A stretch of 64,000 nucleotides of DNA, from the NCBI GenBank assembly GCA_039630325.1, contig JBCNVG010000029.1, forward strand, positions 17,094 through 81,093. Direction: 5' to 3'. Of the stretch, positions 58,865 through 64,000 are shown piece by piece. The stretch is from Bacteroidia bacterium (GTDB taxonomy: Bacteria; Bacteroidota; Bacteroidia; SpSt-205). The number at the start of each line of letters is the position of its first letter. Positions within the stretch are counted from its first letter, which is position 1. Under the pieces are notes generated by a model. The model made no database searches, was not told where the DNA came from, and was given only the letters and a program-made list of their open reading frames with translations. A program made the translations under genes and the position numbers.

Positions 58865-59743
58865 ATGAGAAGAATACACTTATTTATATCGGTCCTCTGG
58901 GTCCTGACTGTCGCAGGATGTGAAGAGAAAGAACAGGCTTCCAATCAAGAAAACCAGGGAGGAGGGGCAGCTCAGACTTACTGGACCTCATCAGGTGTAG
59001 TGTTAGCGGGTAGTAATGGTAGTGCCTCGGGCGCGTATGTGGAAAGATTAGAAGTTGAGGTTGTGGCTGGGGTAAGTATGCCTACCGAGGGATATCACCG
59101 GGTTAGGGCTAAAATAAAGCGAGGTTATGACCTCTATGCAGGAAGAGATGTGAAATTTTTACCAATGATGTATGGGCATGATCATCCTGTACACAGCTGT
59201 CCGGTTGAGCAGCCTAATGGGCCAAGCGAAGATGGATATTATTATGGGGCAGTGTTTTTTATGAGACCAAATATGCCTAATCATCACTGGAAAATACACG
59301 TAATCATAGGCGAAAGAGACACTACGACCTTTGTCCTTGATGTTGCGCAGCATCCATGGAATGGTGTTAGGCCTGGGGATGATTTCACACCCATAGATAG
59401 CTTCTCGTACTTCTATGAGGTGGTGCCACTTAAATCTACGGATGGATTTAAAGATGCTGTTTTTCTCATTTATAGGCGCGATAGAAATCAGCCAGTAGTA
59501 CAGCCTTCTGCTTTTTTGCCAGCGAATAATATTACACAGATAGATCTCCAAGCTCGGATCCCTAATACAGGGCACAGCGTCGGTTCGGGTATTCACACTG
59601 CTACTCCTACCTCGGGCAGGCCTGGACGCTTTACCGCTAAGAAGGTATTTGACAAAGCGGGTTTTTGGGAGCTAATACTTACCTGCAAGGAGGGAGAAAC
59701 GGTGGTGTTAAGGGATACTTTGCACCTTATTATTGGAAGTTAA
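58865..59743 (+). CDS. His-rich lipoprotein, paralog B (lower GC than paralog A)
   Basis: Lipobox (LTVAGCEE). Shares blocks EGYHRVRAKI, FLPMMYGHDHPVHSCPVEQPNGPSEDGYYYGAVFFM, WKIHVIIG, NITQIDL, GRPGRF with paralog A. Confidence 0.5.
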   Translation: MRRIHLFISVLWVLTVAGCEEKEQASNQENQGGGAAQTYWTSSGVVLAGSNGSASGAYVERLEVEVVAGVSMPTEGYHRVRAKIKRGYDLYAGRDVKFLPMMYGHDHPVHSCPVEQPNGPSEDGYYYGAVFFMRPNMPNHHWKIHVIIGERDTTTFVLDVAQHPWNGVRPGDDFTPIDSFSYFYEVVPLKSTDGFKDAVFLIYRRDRNQPVVQPSAFLPANNITQIDLQARIPNTGHSVGSGIHTATPTSGRPGRFTAKKVFDKAGFWELILTCKEGETVVLRDTLHLIIGS

Positions 59744-59780
59744 GTTTCTCGAGCAGAGAAGAAGCCTCCATAAGTCATGA

Positions 59781-60962
59781 TTATGGGGATTTGTCTTCTG
59801 TTTGCATAGAGGTACTTGCTTCGGAGGAAGGTTGATAGTTTCTCTTGTCATACCACCTCCCTCGCCAATGTACGGGGCGATCAGTCATAGAGAGCCATAA
59901 AAGCCACACTCCCTGGATGAAGCGGTAAACGAGGAGCAAGGGAAGGTAGCGCAGGATTTTCTGCGTGCTTACCACTTCTCTAAATCGCCAGAGAGGCAGG
60001 AGTTCTGAGATTGTCCACATTATACTAATCCAGCCCACTGCCAGCCAACTTCCACTGGTGATTGCCATCCATGGGGTAAGGCTTTGAAGAACCCAATATC
60101 CTGCATGTAGCGGAGGTACCTTTTGTACGGCCCAGCGCCAGCGAAGGCGCTGATGGAACCATCGCTTCATGGAGGGTTCAGCTCTTGTCTCCCCTAATGC
60201 CTTCGGATGAAACACCCATCTAAACTTCCATCCCTGCTTTTCGAGCGCTTCCATCAGCTCGTAGTCTTCCACGAGAGTTGGGGGGAGAGATTTCCAGCCA
60301 CCTATACTGGCCCAAGCTACTCGTTTGAGAGCCAGGCTATTGCCGATGGCTGTAGGAATCCATCCCATGGACTGACTGGCGGCAATCAGGTACAATACCG
60401 AGGCCCATTCTATGCGTTGGAAGCCATCCCAGGCCGTTCTCACGATGGGTAGGCTAGGGCCGCATACGCCTCCCATGTCAGGGGCTCGTACTAAGGCCCG
60501 GTATAAAGCCTCTGCCCATGTGGGCGGGAAACGCATGTCCGCATCCGCTACGAAGAATACTTCGCTTTCTACCTCCTCTTCTAAACACACGAGTACGGCC
60601 TGTTTGCCTGGATATTTCTCATGGATAGAGGGGGGGATGAGTTTGACTGGCGCGTCAGGACCCATCATTTTCTGTATCACAGCCGTACTATCGTCCTCGG
60701 AGCTGTCATTTCCGAAGAGGAGACGAAGCTTGAGCGTTTGGGCTTGGAGAGTAGGAATCAAGCCTTCGAGATAAGCGGCCTCATTTCTGAATGGAATAAG
60801 CACCTGGGGAGAAGACTCAGGGAGCGAGACCGGGGGGAGCTTCGTGCGATGAATCAAGGCGGCTATAAATATCTGGGCCAGGAGGTAAGAGACAGCCATA
60901 GCTAAGGCTATACGTGACCAAGTAGTAGGGAAGAGCCCCTCTATTATCTCTACGGGAAGCAT
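59781..60962 (-). CDS. Family-2 glycosyltransferase, membrane-integrated (processive GT2-like)
   Basis: GT-A motifs (…FGNDSSEDDST…, …FVADADM…, QxxRW-like …FHQRLRWRW…), N- and C-terminal TM helices. Confidence 0.7.
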   Translation of the reverse strand: MLPVEIIEGLFPTTWSRIALAMAVSYLLAQIFIAALIHRTKLPPVSLPESSPQVLIPFRNEAAYLEGLIPTLQAQTLKLRLLFGNDSSEDDSTAVIQKMMGPDAPVKLIPPSIHEKYPGKQAVLVCLEEEVESEVFFVADADMRFPPTWAEALYRALVRAPDMGGVCGPSLPIVRTAWDGFQRIEWASVLYLIAASQSMGWIPTAIGNSLALKRVAWASIGGWKSLPPTLVEDYELMEALEKQGWKFRWVFHPKALGETRAEPSMKRWFHQRLRWRWAVQKVPPLHAGYWVLQSLTPWMAITSGSWLAVGWISIMWTISELLPLWRFREVVSTQKILRYLPLLLVYRFIQGVWLLWLSMTDRPVHWRGRWYDKRNYQPSSEASTSMQTEDKSP

Positions 60963-60977
60963 CGGTAATAGCCTTAT

Positions 60978-62009
60978 TTAGGAGGCGAGGGAAGAAGGCG
61001 TTTTGTGCGTCCCTCGATAATATTCCACGGTGCTGCGCAGGACATTGAGAAGTTCAGTCAGGCCCTCATGCGTCGCTCCAGAGACGAATAGCTGCGGAAC
61101 GGGCACATCAGGGAAGCGGTAAGAGTCTCGAGCCTCTGGGGGTATGAGATCGCATTTGGTGAAGGCAATCAGGTAAGGTTTTTCTATAAGAGCGGGATGA
61201 TATTTTTGGAGTTCTAAGCGTAGGCTATGGAAGAGGTGCCGAGGGTCTGGATGGTCCAAAGGAAGGGTGAAAAGAAGGATAGCCCCTCGTTCCACATGGC
61301 GCAAAAATCGCAAGCCGAGTCCTTTGCCCTCAGAGGCGCCCTCTATAAGGCCTGGTAGGTCGGCTATTACGAAGCTTCGCATGCGTTCATCTTGGACGAC
61401 GCCGAGGTGGGGTACGAGGGTAGTGAAAGGATAGGGTGCTATTTTGGGGCGTGCTCGAGTGAGCACGCTTAGAAGGGTAGATTTGCCAGCGTTGGGGGGA
61501 CCGACCAGACAGACATCTGCTAAGAGTTTGAGTTCTAATCGGACGAATCGCTTCTCGCCCGGTTCGCCTGGCTCAGCGAAGTCTGGGGCTCGCAAAGTAG
61601 GCGAACGAAATGCATAGTTGCCGCGGCCTCCCCGTCCCCCGCGAGCCAAGAGTACTCTCTGTGCTGGTTTCACCACTTCTCCTAGAAACTCTCCTGTATC
61701 GTCATCCCAGGCGACGGTTCCCAGAGGTACGCGCAGGATAATATCCTCTCCGGAGGCACCCCGTTGACATTGCCCACGCCCGCTCTCTCCAGAAGGAGCT
61801 CGTATGATTCGGCGGTATTTCACATCCAGGAGGGTCCATTTCTGAGGATCTCCTTCTATCCAAATACTCCCCCCATCGCCGCCGTCTCCCCCATCTGGTC
61901 CTCCTCTTGGAACGAACTTTTCTCTTCGCCAATGGATCACCCCATTTCCCCCGTCCCCCGCTTCTACACGCAGTTTTACATAATCCACGAAATCACTTTC
62001 CCCTTGCAT
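60978..62009 (-). CDS. obg: GTPase Obg/CgtA
   Basis: Obg fold (FVDYVKLRVEAGDGGNGVIHWRREKFVPRGGPDGGDGGDGGSIW) plus G-domain (GPPNAGKSTLL). Confidence 0.9.
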   Translation of the reverse strand: MQGESDFVDYVKLRVEAGDGGNGVIHWRREKFVPRGGPDGGDGGDGGSIWIEGDPQKWTLLDVKYRRIIRAPSGESGRGQCQRGASGEDIILRVPLGTVAWDDDTGEFLGEVVKPAQRVLLARGGRGGRGNYAFRSPTLRAPDFAEPGEPGEKRFVRLELKLLADVCLVGPPNAGKSTLLSVLTRARPKIAPYPFTTLVPHLGVVQDERMRSFVIADLPGLIEGASEGKGLGLRFLRHVERGAILLFTLPLDHPDPRHLFHSLRLELQKYHPALIEKPYLIAFTKCDLIPPEARDSYRFPDVPVPQLFVSGATHEGLTELLNVLRSTVEYYRGTHKTPSSLAS

Positions 62010-63153
62010 GGCCAGCTACCAAGAAATGCTTTCTGATTTTGAGCCGAAACTCTGACTCTATCTCTTCTAATACTTGGGGCGATTCTGGACGGATATGAGC
62101 CTCAGGCTGAGAAAGGGTCCATTCCAGCCACTGGAAAATATCCAGAAAAGCAATTTGTCCACTTAAGAAAGCTTCTACGGCGACTTCGTCGGCGGCATTT
62201 AGAAGAGCTGGGGCCGCTCCTCCGATACGCAGGGCCTCTCGGGCGAAGCGAAGCGTTGGGAAAGTCGTTTCATCCACTACCTCGAAGGTGAGGTTAGCCG
62301 TGGACACAAAAGGCTGCCACTTGGCTTCTGAGAATGGTAGCCTTTCAGGATAGGAAAGCGCATAAAGAATGGGTACGCGCATATCGGGTAGGCTAAGCTG
62401 GGCTTTGAGCGTACCATCTTGAAATAGCACCAGCGAATGCACGATACACTGGGGATGTACCCATACCTCTATCTGATCTGGCGCAAGACCGAAAAGCCAG
62501 TGTGCTTCTATAAGCTCTAAGGCTTTATTCATCAGAGTAGCCGAATCCACAGTAATCCGAGCACCCATCCGCCATACCGGATGGGCCAGCGCATGCTCAG
62601 GCCGCACTGCCCGTAGGTCCTCGGTTTTCTTTCCACGGAAAGGCCCGCCGGAAGCTGTGAGAATGAGCTTTTCCACCTCTTCTACCCGTTCCCCAATCAA
62701 ACACTGAAATAGGGCGCTATGTTCGCTATCTACGGGTATGATTCGCTCGCGGTAGGGGGTGAGCCATTCTCCACCGAAAACTAAGGTCTCCTTATTAGCA
62801 AGGGCTAACTTAGTCGTGGGGGCGCTCAGTGTATACCAACTGGCCCAGAATCCCACCGCTCCTACGATTCCATTTAAGACAATGTCTATGGGTTCGGTTT
62901 GAAGTTTTTCATAAAGCTCCGATACCCCTACAATCGGGACAGACAGATCTATCGAGGTTGCTGAGCGGTAGCTTTCGGTATCGGTAATGGCGACCCAGTC
63001 GGGAGTTATCTTGGGGAGCCAGGGCAGAATTTTGTCAATCTGCCGATGAACCGATAAACCTACGACCCTGAACTTGTCTGGATAGGCGGCGAGTAAGGAC
63101 AAAGCCTGCTGTCCGATGCTTCCACTTGCACCTAATACAACGACTCGCCGCAA
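61993..63153 (-). CDS. dxr: 1-deoxy-D-xylulose 5-phosphate reductoisomerase
   Basis: MRRVVVLGASGSIGQQAL… N-terminus and conserved DXR core (…LANKETLV…, …DSEHSA…). Confidence 0.9.
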   Translation of the reverse strand: MRRVVVLGASGSIGQQALSLLAAYPDKFRVVGLSVHRQIDKILPWLPKITPDWVAITDTESYRSATSIDLSVPIVGVSELYEKLQTEPIDIVLNGIVGAVGFWASWYTLSAPTTKLALANKETLVFGGEWLTPYRERIIPVDSEHSALFQCLIGERVEEVEKLILTASGGPFRGKKTEDLRAVRPEHALAHPVWRMGARITVDSATLMNKALELIEAHWLFGLAPDQIEVWVHPQCIVHSLVLFQDGTLKAQLSLPDMRVPILYALSYPERLPFSEAKWQPFVSTANLTFEVVDETTFPTLRFAREALRIGGAAPALLNAADEVAVEAFLSGQIAFLDIFQWLEWTLSQPEAHIRPESPQVLEEIESEFRLKIRKHFLVAGHARGK

Positions 63154-63154
63154 G

Positions 63155-63228
63155 TGGGGCGTGATGGATTCGAACCACCGACCTCCTGCGTGTGAAGCAG
63201 GCGCTCTAAACCCCTGAGCTAACGCCCC
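63155..63228 (-). tRNA. tRNA-Val (anticodon CAC)
   Basis: Minus-strand sequence folds as a cloverleaf: acceptor GGGGCGU/ACGCCCC, D-stem GCUC/GAGC, anticodon stem CCUGC/GCAGG with loop UUCACAC, T-stem GGUGG/CCAUC with loop UUCGAAU, discriminator A. No encoded CCA. Confidence 0.85.
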
Positions 63229-63980
63229 GCCTGAGCAAAGGTAATACTATCACCAGAAAGCCGATAGCTGGCCTCTACATAGGCGTGGTCTTGTCCAGGT
63301 AGCCAGCGAATCTTATGGGACCGAGCGGGCAGGGAAGACCAGATGTAATCTATCCGCAAGAGGTGGAGCCATGTCGGACCTGTACCCCATTCGGCTGCTC
63401 TGTGGCTATCATACAGCAGTTGATTAAGCTTGAAGTAAGTAGGATGAAATGGCAGAATGTTGAAGTCGCCGCACACCCAGGTTATATCTTCTCGCTTGGA
63501 AAGGACTTGGCGCAGCTTTAGGTGAAACTGCCCTTGATAGCCCCATACGCGATTGAGCCATTTCCACTGCCAAGATTCTTCGCGCCAGAGCCTGTACGAA
63601 GGAAAATGAATGTTCAAAATGCGAGCATACTTGCCCGAGGGTAGCTTGAGGAGGACTTCATGAAGGCCGTTGGTAGTCCCTGGCAGGAGCTTATGGGGTA
63701 TGCTTTTTTCAATCGCATAATCGCTCAGAATGAGCATGCCCATATGCATTTTCGCATCTAATAGAGCATAGTATTTGTATCCTATCCTTTGGGCAAAGGC
63801 TGCAGGGGTATAATCACCCAAATATACCTCTTGAAGGCACAGGACGTGAGGGTGCCAGTTCCGCAGGCTTTCAGCGAGCTGCTCCATCTGCGCTCGTTTA
63901 TAGTGGGCGGCATCCATGTTGAAAGAGGCTATGCGGATCGTTCCAGGGGGCTTTTGTATAGGAGGAAGTAGCTGCCACAC
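63219..63980 (-). CDS. xth: Exodeoxyribonuclease III / EEP-family nuclease (C-terminal end as drawn overlaps the tRNA 5' end by about 10 nt)
   Basis: IRIASFNMDAAHYKRAQMEQLAESLRNWHPHVLCLQEV… and the C-terminal …IDYIW… pattern of the endonuclease/exonuclease/phosphatase fold. Confidence 0.7.
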   Translation of the reverse strand: MWQLLPPIQKPPGTIRIASFNMDAAHYKRAQMEQLAESLRNWHPHVLCLQEVYLGDYTPAAFAQRIGYKYYALLDAKMHMGMLILSDYAIEKSIPHKLLPGTTNGLHEVLLKLPSGKYARILNIHFPSYRLWREESWQWKWLNRVWGYQGQFHLKLRQVLSKREDITWVCGDFNILPFHPTYFKLNQLLYDSHRAAEWGTGPTWLHLLRIDYIWSSLPARSHKIRWLPGQDHAYVEASYRLSGDSITFAQAGR

Positions 63981-64000
63981 TAGCTGAAGGCTTCCTATCC

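Noticed and set aside
1-64000. CRISPR arrays, transposases, integrases, prophage genes
   Set aside because: No regularly spaced direct repeats with unique spacers were seen. No DDE/serine/tyrosine recombinase signatures and no phage structural proteins appear among ORFs longer than 150 aa. The only tandem repeats are in-frame coding repeats.

Overview
The window is a 64 kb chromosomal segment that looks like it comes from a Bacteroidota bacterium with gliding motility and a type IX secretion system (T9SS). The evidence for that placement is the porP/sprF-gldK-gldL-gldM-gldN cluster (ORFs at 21871..27469), a 1150-aa secreted protein ending in a T9SS C-terminal sorting domain, and a TonB-dependent receptor with an N-terminal carboxypeptidase-regulatory-like domain. 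Most of the remaining genes are housekeeping: carB, ispF, dxr, obg, recG, clpC, purN, thiE, ubiX, nuoH, comM/yifB, kynA (tryptophan 2,3-dioxygenase), a dual-ATPase ABC protein, an aminotransferase, and one tRNA-Val(CAC). I found no transposase, integrase, CRISPR array, phage structural genes or rRNA. The region that looks most accessory is 54.1-59.8 kb. It holds a giant collagen-like, PKD-rich T9SS cargo protein whose Gly-codon stretch contains perfect in-frame tandem repeats. Next to it are two tandem paralogous His/Met-rich lipoproteins, the second with lower GC content, separated by a strong terminator. Other loci worth a second look are listed here. An operon pairs a coiled-coil membrane protein with an orphan AddB-like PD-(D/E)XK/Fe-S nuclease (no helicase partner, internal G9 tract) and a DMT permease. 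An HNH endonuclease is translationally coupled to an amidohydrolase-like ORF. nuoH sits alone directly after the gldN terminator. An acidic (GDEFG)n repeat is inserted in GldN. All functional calls rest on motif recognition by eye, since no searches could be run; confidences reflect that.
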